Shown: positions 32,059-41,707, numbered from the stretch's first letter. The stretch: 64,000 nucleotides of DNA from an uncultured Candidatus Binatia bacterium (GCA_965242525.1 OZ251459.1:672001-736000), one strand, 5' to 3'. The notes: generated by a model from the sequence alone, not told the origin. Translations and numbers: made by a program.

Positions 32059-34028
32059 CTCGTTCGTATTTCGTTCCGCTCGCGGGCGAACCGGGGTTCG
32101 TCGGGCAGCAGTTCCATGGCCCTCTGGTAGGCTTCCTCCACGTCTCGACGCGGCGCCTTCAGCCAGTTGCGCGTGCGCGCCAGGTCGCGCCAGGCCCAGG
32201 CGTGACGGGCCGGCGAGGCGTCGAGTTGAAGGACGCGCTCCAGCAGCGTTCGGGCCTCGGTGAGAAACCGGCGGTTGGACTCGGGTTGGCGTCGTCGGTA
32301 GGCTTCGTTCGCCAGCCAGAGCTTGGCCTGTGCGAACTCGTGCAGCGCCCGCGGGTCGGCGTACACTGCGTCTCCGGCTCGTTCGAAGTAGCGGTGTGCG
32401 GCACGGGAATCCTTGGCGCGGCGGGCGAGGATGGCCGCGTCGATGGCGTCCTGGCCGAATATCGCGGGACGGTCCTGCCGGAGCAGCTTGCGCGCCTTGT
32501 TCTCTTCACCGGCTTCCCACAGTACGTCGACCAGCGTATTGGCGACGTGGGAGACCGCGCTTTCCGGGCCTTGTGCCTCGAACGCTTCCAACACTTCTTC
32601 GGCGCGCTCGACCTCGCCGCTGTTCGCGTATGCCCGGATCATTTCCGACGCGAGGACCGCCGAAGCGGGGTTGGAGGCCCACGCGGACTCGACGCGTCGA
32701 AGCGCTTCCCTGTGCTCCCCCAACGTCCGCAGATGGGCCGCGTCCCGCAACGCGGACAGCGCAGCGTATTCCGGGTGGGCCGGCAACGTCGCCCGGAAGT
32801 AGGTCCGCTGCTCGTCGAAATCGAACCGCGGGGGCTGCGACCCGTTGGCCTCCATGGCCTGGAAGACCTTCCGCAGCCCGGAGAGTCGCCCTTCGGCAAG
32901 CCCCAGCTCCTTCAGGAACTCGCCGATACGGCGATTGCGGGCGGGCACGGCCGGGACTTCCGCGCCGGGGAGCAGGTGCCCGGCTTCGATTCCCGGCGCC
33001 GGCCCGGGATAGCTGGTGATTTCGACCCGGCTCGGAAAGAGATAGACCTTGGTGGGCTCGGGCTGGTCCACGTCGTAGCCGCGGTGGTAGAGCGCGTTGA
33101 CGAGGGTTTCCCGGAGCGCCGGCATCGGATAGCTGACCCAGCCCCGGACCCGGCTCCGGTCGTGTTGCTTCTGCAAGTGGTATGTCGAGAGGTTTTCGAG
33201 GTAGTTCAGGCAGTCGCGAAGCTGGTCCACGAGTCCGCCGCGGAAGGTGCGCTCCTCCTGCACGTCCCCGGCCCGGTCCGCGGCGAACTGGACGACCTCG
33301 ATCTTCGCCCCCCGAAACCACTCCACGGGGTCCCTCGCGAAGAAGAGGAGGCCCGCGTTCCGGGGCGCCTCGTGGTCGTTGACCTTCGTCGTGAGCCGCA
33401 TCCGCCGATAGATGCTCCTCTCGTCCGGCTCCTCGATGAGCCCGCTCTCCACGTCGCGCAGGTACTCGCGCACCTTCGCCTCGCGCAGGTCCTCGACTTG
33501 GGCGTCGTGCGCCCGGCGGTCGTCCCAGGGCACGCGGGCCGTCTGCTGGATGAGTCCCCGGAGCAGGTCGCCGCGCCGTTCGGCATCGACGGTCTCCGAG
33601 CCGAGGCGTACCCAGAACCGCCCCGGCCCCTTGCCGTCGGCGGCGGGCGCCCGGTGGGGCCGCATCTCGCTCGCCGGGGCCCACACGACCAGGATGAGTC
33701 GGTCTCCGACCGTCTCGGGCGACAGGAGGGGAGGGTAGGGCGGGTCGAGCCGGTTGCAGTGGCCGCGGATCCACTTCTGCGCCGCTTCGACTTCCTTCGC
33801 GGTCAGGCCGGAGGGGGGCAGGGCGGCCCGCCCGTCCCGCTCCCCGACGCCGATGACGACATAGCCGCCGTTCAGGTTGTGGTAGTCGTTCGCGAAGGCG
33901 CAGATGGTCCGCAGCACTTGGGGGCCGGTGGTGTGCGGGTCCCAGGACGCCTTGAACTCCACCCGCTCCGACTCCACGCCGCGGCAATGGAGGAGGTTGT
34001 CGAGGTTGATGGGAAGAATGGCGCTCAT
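32055..34028 (-). CDS. Schlafen/AlbA_2 + HATPase_c-like + TPR-like protein
   Basis: ESERVEFK, ICAFAN...GGYVVIGV, ALRETLVNALYHR, ARNRRI, helical C-terminus. Confidence 0.8.
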   Translation of the reverse strand: MSAILPINLDNLLHCRGVESERVEFKASWDPHTTGPQVLRTICAFANDYHNLNGGYVVIGVGERDGRAALPPSGLTAKEVEAAQKWIRGHCNRLDPPYPPLLSPETVGDRLILVVWAPASEMRPHRAPAADGKGPGRFWVRLGSETVDAERRGDLLRGLIQQTARVPWDDRRAHDAQVEDLREAKVREYLRDVESGLIEEPDERSIYRRMRLTTKVNDHEAPRNAGLLFFARDPVEWFRGAKIEVVQFAADRAGDVQEERTFRGGLVDQLRDCLNYLENLSTYHLQKQHDRSRVRGWVSYPMPALRETLVNALYHRGYDVDQPEPTKVYLFPSRVEITSYPGPAPGIEAGHLLPGAEVPAVPARNRRIGEFLKELGLAEGRLSGLRKVFQAMEANGSQPPRFDFDEQRTYFRATLPAHPEYAALSALRDAAHLRTLGEHREALRRVESAWASNPASAVLASEMIRAYANSGEVERAEEVLEAFEAQGPESAVSHVANTLVDVLWEAGEENKARKLLRQDRPAIFGQDAIDAAILARRAKDSRAAHRYFERAGDAVYADPRALHEFAQAKLWLANEAYRRRQPESNRRFLTEARTLLERVLQLDASPARHAWAWRDLARTRNWLKAPRRDVEEAYQRAMELLPDEPRFARERNEIRTR

Positions 34029-34177
34029 GGAAGGACTACCACCCGTCATCGGGCCTTTCGCCCCGACTCTCTGGACTATACACCCTGAACCGGCGTAGCC
34101 GAAACCGGAACCATGACGTCTTCTCTCGACATTCCCGGAAGCCGTGCTATTTTCGGAAAGATGAGGAAATTGTCTTG

Positions 34178-34276
34178 AGGAACCCCTGAACAACCCTCCC
34201 GTTCGTCCTGAGCGTAGCGAAGCGAAGTCGAAGGACGCCCTTTCCCGAGGGAAAGCCGCATCGATCAGGCGTTCCT
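34178..34276. repeat. REP-MITE family copy
   Basis: AGGAAC...GTTCCT ends with TG on both sides, REP core. Confidence 0.75.
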
Positions 34277-34319
34277 TGATATTTCCAGGACGTTTTCATC
34301 CATCGCAAGCGCTTGATCA

Positions 34320-34652
34320 TTGGAGGAGACCGTGAAGATACGCGACATCCAGAGGGATATCGAAGAGAGCCTCGCCAGCCTGCCGACCTTGACCCTGCCG
34401 CCGCTCTTGGAGGGGTTGAGGCATCTGCCCGTAGGCGACCGCAATCCCCAGGTGAGTATCCGCTATACGGACCAAGGGAGGAAGGTCCGAGAAGACGCGG
34501 ACGCGGGCTACTTCGATCCGGACCGTTGCGAGTTGGTGCTCCGGTTTACGCCGTTCCAGTCGGAGACTACGGGTCGCGCCGCCACCGGATTTACTCCGGT
34601 CCGCATACGAGGCGACTCCATTGCCGATACGGTGCTCGGTGACCGACGCTGA
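34320..34652 (+). CDS. Hypothetical protein or gene fragment
   Basis: 110-aa ORF with GGAGG near the start; no recognisable motif. Confidence 0.4.
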   Translation: MEETVKIRDIQRDIEESLASLPTLTLPPLLEGLRHLPVGDRNPQVSIRYTDQGRKVREDADAGYFDPDRCELVLRFTPFQSETTGRAATGFTPVRIRGDSIADTVLGDRR

Positions 34653-34837
34653 CCGGATCCATGACGAGTCTCTACCTGGGTACGAGCGCGCTGCCGGAAG
34701 GCGTTGTTGCGCCGTCGCCGTGAAGTGCTTTGACAACGCGTCGTCGTTCTGGAATTATCCATGGTTGGATGCCAAAGGATGGGGTGAAACACCAGCGGGG
34801 TATCGTTCGCCCGCTCGTGGATCCGGTGGAGGGATCG

Positions 34838-35311
34838 ATGCGAACCGATTCCGTCGAGATGAACCGCGTCGTGGAAGGGCTGCCGTCCATATCCGCCAAG
34901 ATTCGCGCACTCGACGGCGCCGGATATGCGCGCGCCGACATCGCCAGGTTCCTGGGCAAGCGTTACCAGCACGTGCACAACGTTCTGGCGCGAGAGCGGG
35001 GGAAGGCCGCGGCTGCTCCGGCTCGGTCCGGGGCTCCCGACCGGCCGGGAGACGTCGCGTCGCAGAAACTCCGCGTTGCCGAAGACGGACGGGTCGTCAT
35101 CCCTGCCGAGATGCGCGCGGCGATGCTCATCGACGAAAGCGGCCATCTGACGGCGCGCGTGGTCGAAGGGGAGTTGAGGGTGTTGACGCCGAAGGCGGCC
35201 ATCTTCAAGTTGCAGCGGATGGTGCGGGAGAAGGCGCCCGACGGCGTTTCCCTGGTCGATGAGTTGATTGTCGAAAGGCGGGCCGAGGCGCGGCGTGAGG
35301 ATGACCGATGA
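34838..35311 (+). CDS. AbrB/MazE-type antitoxin with extra N-terminal helical domain
   Basis: LRVAEDGRVVIPAEMRAAM; C-terminal SLVDELIVERRAEA; overlaps vapC. Confidence 0.8.
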   Translation: MRTDSVEMNRVVEGLPSISAKIRALDGAGYARADIARFLGKRYQHVHNVLARERGKAAAAPARSGAPDRPGDVASQKLRVAEDGRVVIPAEMRAAMLIDESGHLTARVVEGELRVLTPKAAIFKLQRMVREKAPDGVSLVDELIVERRAEARREDDR

Positions 35312-35688
35312 GCGTCGTCCTCGATTCGTCCGCAGTGCTTACGGTGATCAACGGGGAGGCCGGAGCGGAGAGGGTCGAGGCTGTCCTGACGGGGGGTTCG
35401 ATCAGCGCCGCCAATTTTTCCGAGGTCCTGTCGAAACTGGTGGACAAGGGCCACGATGACGGCGATGCCGTCGCCGTGCTCGACGCGCTTCCGTTGACGG
35501 TGCTTCCGATGGACGCGGCGCAGGCGCGGCGCGCCGGGTTGTTGCGCCGTCAGACGCGCAAGCTGGGCCTCTCCCTCGGGGACCGCGCCTGCCTGGCACT
35601 GGCGGTCGAGACGGGGCTTCCTGTGGTCACTGCGGACCGCGCCTGGGCGCAACTGGACCTTGGCATTCCAGTGACCGTGGTCCGTTGA
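35308..35688 (+). CDS. vapC: VapC PIN-domain toxin
   Basis: VLDSSA, SE, LSLGDRACLALA, TADRAW. Confidence 0.92.
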   Translation: MSVVLDSSAVLTVINGEAGAERVEAVLTGGSISAANFSEVLSKLVDKGHDDGDAVAVLDALPLTVLPMDAAQARRAGLLRRQTRKLGLSLGDRACLALAVETGLPVVTADRAWAQLDLGIPVTVVR

Positions 35689-35785
35689 GTTCGTGCGGTG
35701 AACGCAACCCTGGTCTTGCCGCGCCGCGGGGCCTCCGTCTCCTGCCGCGCCGAGCCCGCGTCTGCATCGCGCAAGTCGGAGTCCC

Positions 35786-36670
35786 ATGACCGATGAAGTT
35801 GCCCGGGGCGTGCTCTACGCCCTTGCTGCCGGTATCATCTGGGGCGTCGGCCCTTCCCTGCTCAAGCAGGGCATGGTCGCGTCGAGCGTCAGCATGGCGA
35901 CGCTGGTTTCCCAGTATGCGTCCACCGGCGCCCTGCTCCTGATCACCGCATGGAGGGGCGAGTTCGTGTCCCTGGGCTGGCGGGCGCTGCTTGCCTTCGG
36001 CCTTACGGGCGTGGCCGCGGCCCTGGGCAAGATCTTCCTCAACCGGGGGATCGACAGCGTGGGCGCGTCCAAGTCGGTGACGGTGAAGAACTCGTCGCCG
36101 CTCATCACCGTGTTCCTGGGCGCGGCCCTGCTGGGGGAGCGGGTGGGTTGGGAGATCCTGCTGGGGGTCGTGGTCATCGTGGCCGGCGTGCTGCTGCTCA
36201 GCGCCGCCCCCAGGGAAGGGTCCGAGGGGCCCGGCCGCCTGAGCTACTTCATGTACCCGCTGCTGTCCGCGCTGGCCTTCGGCGTCAATCCCATCTTCAA
36301 GAAATGGGGGCTCCTGGGCGCCGCGCTGCCCGCTCTGGGGACGCTCATCAACCACGTGGTCTCGCTGGTCTTCATGTTCACTGCGGGTCCCTTGCTGGGG
36401 ATCCATGCCCGACGGGAGAAGGTTCCGTTGAGGAGCGCGGTCCTCTTCTCCGTCACCGGCGTCACCGAGGCCGCGGCCTCCCTCCTGACCTACCAGGCCC
36501 TGCTGATCGCCCCCGCAGTGCTGGTGGCGCCCATATGGCGCATCTCGCCGCTGGTTACCTTCGTGCTGTCGCACTTCACGCTGAAGGCGCTGGAGACGGT
36601 CACCCTCCGGGACGGGTTGGCGGCCCTGCTCATCGTCGGCGGGGTGTGGGTGCTCAGCCTGGGCGGTTGA
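35786..36670 (+). CDS. DMT/EamA family transporter
   Basis: 10-TM duplicated EamA pattern, LLGERV. Confidence 0.85.
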   Translation: MTDEVARGVLYALAAGIIWGVGPSLLKQGMVASSVSMATLVSQYASTGALLLITAWRGEFVSLGWRALLAFGLTGVAAALGKIFLNRGIDSVGASKSVTVKNSSPLITVFLGAALLGERVGWEILLGVVVIVAGVLLLSAAPREGSEGPGRLSYFMYPLLSALAFGVNPIFKKWGLLGAALPALGTLINHVVSLVFMFTAGPLLGIHARREKVPLRSAVLFSVTGVTEAAASLLTYQALLIAPAVLVAPIWRISPLVTFVLSHFTLKALETVTLRDGLAALLIVGGVWVLSLGG

Positions 36671-36784
36671 CGCATCCGGGCCTTGCGAGCACCGGGCGGT
36701 TTGTCCGGCGTCCGGCGGTCCTGTACACTCGCGGTTCACTCAGGGGAAACCCTGTTCGGTCCGGGAAGAACCAAGGGGGAACGG

Positions 36785-37957
36785 ATGGCGGTTTCAGCTT
36801 TCGAGTACAGCAATCCTCGCGTGGAGCGCATCGTCTTCGGTCGCGGGACGGTAGGCCGGTTGGCGGACGAGGTCCGGCGGCTGGGCGCGAGCCGGGTGTT
36901 CGTGGTGACCTCGCCTTCCATCGCCCGGACGTACCTGCTGGACGCGGTGCGTTCGGCTCTGGGCGGCCTCTGCGTCGGGGTCTTCGACACGGTGAAGCCC
37001 CATTCGCCCACGGACTCGGTGGTGGCCGCGGCAGGGCAGGCGTCCGCGGCGTCCGCGGACGCTTTCGTCAGCGTGGGCGGCGGCAGCTCCATCGACACCG
37101 CCAAGGGCATGGCCGCGTACCTGGCCGAAGGCCGTCCGCTGAAGAGCCTGGCCACCCACTTCATACCGCCTGACCGCAAGGAAGTCCCGGACATGCCGGC
37201 GCCCAAGCTGCCCCACGTGGCCATCCCGACCACCTTCTCGGGGGGCGAGTACAGCTATTCCGCAGGCTTGGCCGAAGCGGGCCACAAGCTCATCCTCGCC
37301 GACCCCAAGCTGTCGCCCCGGGTGGTGCTGCTGGACCCGGAAGCCGCGCAGACCGCCCCGCCCAGGCTGCTGGCCGCGTCCGGCATGAACGCCCTGGCCC
37401 ACTGTGTGGAGGCCATCTACTCGACCCAGACCCAGGTGCTGAGCCAAGCCTACTGCCTGGCCGCGGTGGGACCCATCGCCGCCTACCTGCCGCGTCTGGT
37501 GGCGGACATGGACGACCTGGAGGCCATCGGGGAGATGCAGGTGGCCGCGTGCCTCTCGAGCATGGGGGTCTATAGCGCCTGGACCGGCATCCACCACGGC
37601 ATCGTGCACGTGGTGGGCGGGCGGTTCACCGTCCCCCACGCCCACATCCATGCGCTGATGCTGCCCTACGCCATGCGCTGGAACCTGGACGGCACCACCG
37701 AGGCCATGGCCCGCATCGCCCGGGCCATGGGGGTAAGCGAACCGGACGACGGGAAGGCCGCGGCCCGGGCCCCGGAAGTGGTGTACGAAATGAACGTCGA
37801 GATGGGGCTGTCGTTGCGGCTCCGGGACCTGGACATCCCGCGGGACGCGCTGCCGTCCCTGGCCGAAGCGGCCCTGGACGACATCAGCACCCACAACAAC
37901 CCCAAGAAGATCCACTCGGCCTCGCAGGTGCTGGAGTGCCTGGAGATGGCTTGGTGA
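36785..37957 (+). CDS. Iron-containing alcohol dehydrogenase (maleylacetate reductase-like)
   Basis: VGGGSSIDTAK, IPTT, NALAHCVE, HHGIVH. Confidence 0.9.
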   Translation: MAVSAFEYSNPRVERIVFGRGTVGRLADEVRRLGASRVFVVTSPSIARTYLLDAVRSALGGLCVGVFDTVKPHSPTDSVVAAAGQASAASADAFVSVGGGSSIDTAKGMAAYLAEGRPLKSLATHFIPPDRKEVPDMPAPKLPHVAIPTTFSGGEYSYSAGLAEAGHKLILADPKLSPRVVLLDPEAAQTAPPRLLAASGMNALAHCVEAIYSTQTQVLSQAYCLAAVGPIAAYLPRLVADMDDLEAIGEMQVAACLSSMGVYSAWTGIHHGIVHVVGGRFTVPHAHIHALMLPYAMRWNLDGTTEAMARIARAMGVSEPDDGKAAARAPEVVYEMNVEMGLSLRLRDLDIPRDALPSLAEAALDDISTHNNPKKIHSASQVLECLEMAW

Positions 37958-38028
37958 CCGTTGCGGCGACCTTGCCGTGAAAGTCTGGAGAGCCCCTTGC
38001 CCCGGTTGTCCAGATTTCCTGGATTAAC

Positions 38029-38613
38029 TCCAAGTCTTTGACTTCCTTAAGGTTTCTCCTACATCGGGGGTTCCCAAAAGTCAAGGGGAAACCGGCAGAA
38101 AATCCGGGAAAATCGGGGTCCTTCCGGGGTCCATCCGGGCGCCGTCGAGGGCGTCCATCCGGGGACCTCGCGGGTGCCGTCTCCGGGATCCGTCCGGGGT
38201 CAGCCCGTGGGGACGCCTTGACCCCGGCAAGGTGGTTTGGCAAGGGCAACCAGCAAACGTCCATCCTGGGCACCGTGGGGAAGCGTGGGCGGCGTCTTCG
38301 GGGGTCCGTCTCCGGGGTCCCTGCCGGTAGCCAGAGAGACGGCGATCCACGTGGGGGCCGGGGTCTCTGGCAGGGTCCGGGGTCAGGCTTCGCGGGCAAG
38401 GTCCGGGGCGGCGTCGAGGGCGTCCGTCATGGGTCAGCCCGTGGGGACCTCGCGGGGGCCGTCTTCGAGGCGCCGTGGGAAGCCGTCCCTGGAAGCCGTG
38501 GGAAGCCCGTAGCGACGCGGGAGAGACTGGCCAGTAGGATAGGAAGGGTTGGGGGTCGAGACGCCGCCCACGGCTTTCCTGGGCATCCGGGGCGGCGTCT
38601 CCAGTTGGGGTCA
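38029..38613. repeat. Conserved GC-rich structured flank, copy A of cargo scaffold
   Basis: Homologous to 49120-49421; begins TCCAAGTCTTTGACTTCCTTAAGGTTTC; internal repeats and AGACGCCGCCC/GGGCGGCGTCT hairpin. Confidence 0.85.
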
Positions 38614-38639
38614 GGCTGGCAATCACGTTGTCCTTGCCG

Positions 38640-39161
38640 TCAAAGCCCGAGTTCGCCTTCTTTGGCCTTTCTGCATTCGTGATGATTTTTGAACCAGTAG
38701 GTTATCACCATCTCGAAGTTTTCAATATCTGTACCTGATTTCGACCTCGAAATACTAAACAAAATCTCGTCGATATTGTCCGGGTTCGTATCGGAGTCGG
38801 ATATGAACCATCGCATAGACAACCGCGCTTCGGATGCTGTTTCGGAGGTTTCTTCCTTGTCATGCTCTCCATACTTGGAGGCTAAAAACATCGCTGTTAT
38901 TGCTATATTGCCTTTAGCCTCTTCTATGCTAGATTCTGACCAGATAGCCGCAACTTCACAGGCCCCACCGTCCCGCGTACCTCCGATTAAGAGTCTCCCA
39001 AGGTTAAGACTACTTTTATACTCTCGCGTTTCCTGTCCATACCCTCCAGCACTCCATCCGTCATCCGGCTTGATGGGGTCTCCCATGCTGACCCCCAAGA
39101 GACCCGCCGCGGCCGTGTTCCCGATGGCCAGCATCAACGCCAAGGCCAGCAACGCTTTCAT
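38640..39161 (-). CDS. Secreted hypothetical protein, paralog of the ankyrin protein C-terminal domain
   Basis: Signal peptide MKALLALALML; motifs SMGD, GTRDGGAC, KYG, YWFKNHHEC; low GC. Confidence 0.8.
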   Translation of the reverse strand: MKALLALALMLAIGNTAAAGLLGVSMGDPIKPDDGWSAGGYGQETREYKSSLNLGRLLIGGTRDGGACEVAAIWSESSIEEAKGNIAITAMFLASKYGEHDKEETSETASEARLSMRWFISDSDTNPDNIDEILFSISRSKSGTDIENFEMVITYWFKNHHECRKAKEGELGL

Positions 39162-39190
39162 TTCAAACCTCCCGTCCCTGCCGTCAAAGC

Positions 39191-40957
39191 CTAGAGGTCT
39201 CCATCTTCGGGTTTCTTAGCTTTCTTACATTCGTCATGGTTTTCAAACCAATACGATAAACCAAGCAGGTGGTTATTGGGAAGAATATCTGTTCCTACTT
39301 TTGTGACCCAAAGGGCAAACTCCATGAGCTTGCTTGGGTTCGACTTCGGGAACCATCGCGCTTCCGGGTATTCCGAAGACGACTGCCGACCGAACAACCC
39401 CGATTCAGGTTTTTCCTTGTCAGGCTTTCCGTACTTGTCAGTTAACAAGGTCAGCACCCTGTCATATTCGCTTAAAGCGCGTTCTTTGGTATGAAACCAT
39501 CCGTTAGCACGAAAGGCACAGACCCCACCTTTCCGCGTCCCTTGAACTGTGTATTTTTCAAAGGGGAGACTACCTCTATAGGTGCGCGTTTCTTCTCCCC
39601 ACTTTTCGGATGCTGGTATAGACCTGATGCGATCTCCCATGCAGACCCGGAAGGGACAGGCCGCCCTCCTGAGCCTCTCGGCTTCCTTGGCCTTCTCTGC
39701 GGCTGCCTTGACCCTTTCTACGGCTTCCTTATCTCCGACACTCTCTGCGGCTTTCCTTACGGCCGCAGCATATCCACTGCTCGCCGCAAGGTCAAAAGCC
39801 GTCTTTCCGTCCGTGTTCTTGGCGTTGACGTTGACCCCGGTTCTCAATAAAACCTCTATGGCCGCAGCATGTCCTTGCCACGCCGCATAGTGCAAAACCG
39901 TCCATCCGTGCTTGTCTTCGGCGTTGATATTGGCTCCAGCCTTCAACAGGGCATCAATAGCCGTTACCTGTCCATCAGCCGCCGCATAGTGCAGGGCCGT
40001 CCTTCCCTCCTCGGCCTCGGCGTTGATATTGGCTTCAGCCTTCAACAGGGCATCAATGGCCGTTACCTGTCCTTTGCTCGCTGCCCAATGCAGGGCCGTC
40101 TCTCCCTCCTCGGCCTTGGCGTTGATATTGGCTCCAGCCTTCAACAGGGCATCAATGGCCGTTACCTGTCCGTTGCTCGCTGCCCGAGACAAAGCCGTCC
40201 ATCCGTGCTTGTCCTCGGCGTTGATATTGGCCCCGGCCTTCAACAGGGCATCAATAGCCGTTACCTGTCCTTTGGGCGCTGCAAAATGCAGAGCCGTCAA
40301 TCCGTTCGTGTCCTTGGCGTGAACGTTAGCCCTGGCCTTCAACAGGGTATCAATGACCGCAACCTGTCCGTTGGCCGCCGCATAGTGCAAAGCCGTCAAT
40401 CCGTTCTTGTTCTTGGCGCTGATATTGGCCCCAGCCTCCAACATGGCATCAATGGCCGCAACCTGTCCGTTGGCCGCCGCATGGTGCAAAGCTGTCAATC
40501 CGTTCTTGTCCTCGGCGTGGACGTTAGCCCCAGCCTTCAACATGGCATCAATGGCCGTTACCTGTCCTTTGCTCGCTGCCCGAGACAAAGCTGTCCATCC
40601 GTGCTTGTCCTCGGCGTTGATATTGGCCCCGGCCTTCAACAGGGCATCAATGGCCATTACCTGTCCTTTGCGCGCCGCATGGTGCAAAGCCGTTCTTCCG
40701 TTCTTGTCCTCGGCGTGGACGTTAGCTCCGGCCTCCAACAGGGCATCAATGGCCGCAACCTGTCCTTCCCACGCCGCATCGTGCAAAGCCGTAAATCCCT
40801 TCTTGTTCTTGGCGTTGACGTTGGCCCCTGCCTTCAACATCGTCTGGATTGAAGCCACATCGCCCGCCGCTGCCGCATCATGTAACTTGTCAGCATGAAC
40901 GCTCTTCCCGATGGCCAGCAACGTCAGCATCAACGCCAAGGCCAGCAACGCTTTCAT
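39191..40957 (-). CDS. Secreted ankyrin-repeat protein with C-terminal domain of unknown function
   Basis: Signal peptide; ten full 33-aa GxTALHxAAxxG repeats plus caps. Confidence 0.92.
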   Translation of the reverse strand: MKALLALALMLTLLAIGKSVHADKLHDAAAAGDVASIQTMLKAGANVNAKNKKGFTALHDAAWEGQVAAIDALLEAGANVHAEDKNGRTALHHAARKGQVMAIDALLKAGANINAEDKHGWTALSRAASKGQVTAIDAMLKAGANVHAEDKNGLTALHHAAANGQVAAIDAMLEAGANISAKNKNGLTALHYAAANGQVAVIDTLLKARANVHAKDTNGLTALHFAAPKGQVTAIDALLKAGANINAEDKHGWTALSRAASNGQVTAIDALLKAGANINAKAEEGETALHWAASKGQVTAIDALLKAEANINAEAEEGRTALHYAAADGQVTAIDALLKAGANINAEDKHGWTVLHYAAWQGHAAAIEVLLRTGVNVNAKNTDGKTAFDLAASSGYAAAVRKAAESVGDKEAVERVKAAAEKAKEAERLRRAACPFRVCMGDRIRSIPASEKWGEETRTYRGSLPFEKYTVQGTRKGGVCAFRANGWFHTKERALSEYDRVLTLLTDKYGKPDKEKPESGLFGRQSSSEYPEARWFPKSNPSKLMEFALWVTKVGTDILPNNHLLGLSYWFENHDECKKAKKPEDGDL

Positions 40958-41088
40958 TCCGCCCTCCTCTGGTTAGTCAGCCTACAAGGTGGGGAGCGGC
41001 GTCGTTCCGGTAAGGGACTTTGACAATGGCGGCGTGAACCCGCTCCCCGGACCCGTCCATACACAATCCAGCCCGCGGCGTCAACCCA

Positions 41089-41253
41089 TTAGGCGTCATC
41101 GTCCTCTTCGCCGTGGTTAAGCCAGTAGTTGAGAGCATGACGAACCACCGCCGAGTTTGTGACCTGCACGGACTGATGGCGTTCCGAGTAGGGTTCCACC
41201 GTCACATCAAGCAGTTCTTTCTTGATGCTGACCAACTTGTAATCAGGATGCAT
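41089..41253 (-). CDS. Small ribbon-helix-helix-like protein (54 aa)
   Basis: MHPDYKLVSIKKELLD...TNSAVVRHALNYWL strand-helix-helix pattern; RBS AAAGGGGA; second copy at 49964-50128. Confidence 0.7.
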   Translation of the reverse strand: MHPDYKLVSIKKELLDVTVEPYSERHQSVQVTNSAVVRHALNYWLNHGEEDDDA

Positions 41254-41294
41254 AATCGTATCCCCTTTCAAATGGGGCTCTTCAGGAATTCGAG

Positions 41295-41628
41295 TGGGCA
41301 AGGTAGGAAGGAAAGAGGAGGACAGGGGTCATGCCGTCATTGCTCCGCAGACGCCTACCCCGTCATTCCTGCGAAACCATGTCCTCGTGGAAGCGGGGAC
41401 GGGAATCTCGTTGTACAAACTTCCATGCCCGCTTCTACTTCTTGACCACCTTTTTTCTCTGGATAGCGCTTTTCATGTAGTCAGGGACCTCGTATTCAAC
41501 CAATTGGTCCACAGTGATTGCAAGGCGTCATGGGGTTTGGGTCGGAAGGATGGAAACATGGGGAGTTTGCATAAGAATGGATGGATTCCCGCTTTCGCGG
41601 GAATGACGGTTAGGCTTTCGCGGGAATG
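41295..41628. repeat. dRS3-like composite repeat
   Basis: Matches 5661-5740; TGGATTCCCGCTTTCGCGGGAATGAC at 41582-41607. Confidence 0.75.
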
Positions 41629-41707
41629 TGGGCAGGATTTCACGGCTGTAGCGTTCCGTCCCCTCATGGCGCGGCCGGGTGGGGCGCCCTCCTGGATTCC
41701 ACCCGGG

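Noticed and set aside
39790-40890. Diversity-generating retroelement or CRISPR behind the 99-bp repeats
   Set aside because: Repeats are in-frame ankyrin units; no reverse transcriptase or template/variable repeat pair is seen
38029-41275. Classical integron cassette array
   Set aside because: No intI and no clear attC (RYYYAAC...GTTRRRY) pairs bounding the cargo genes were identified by eye
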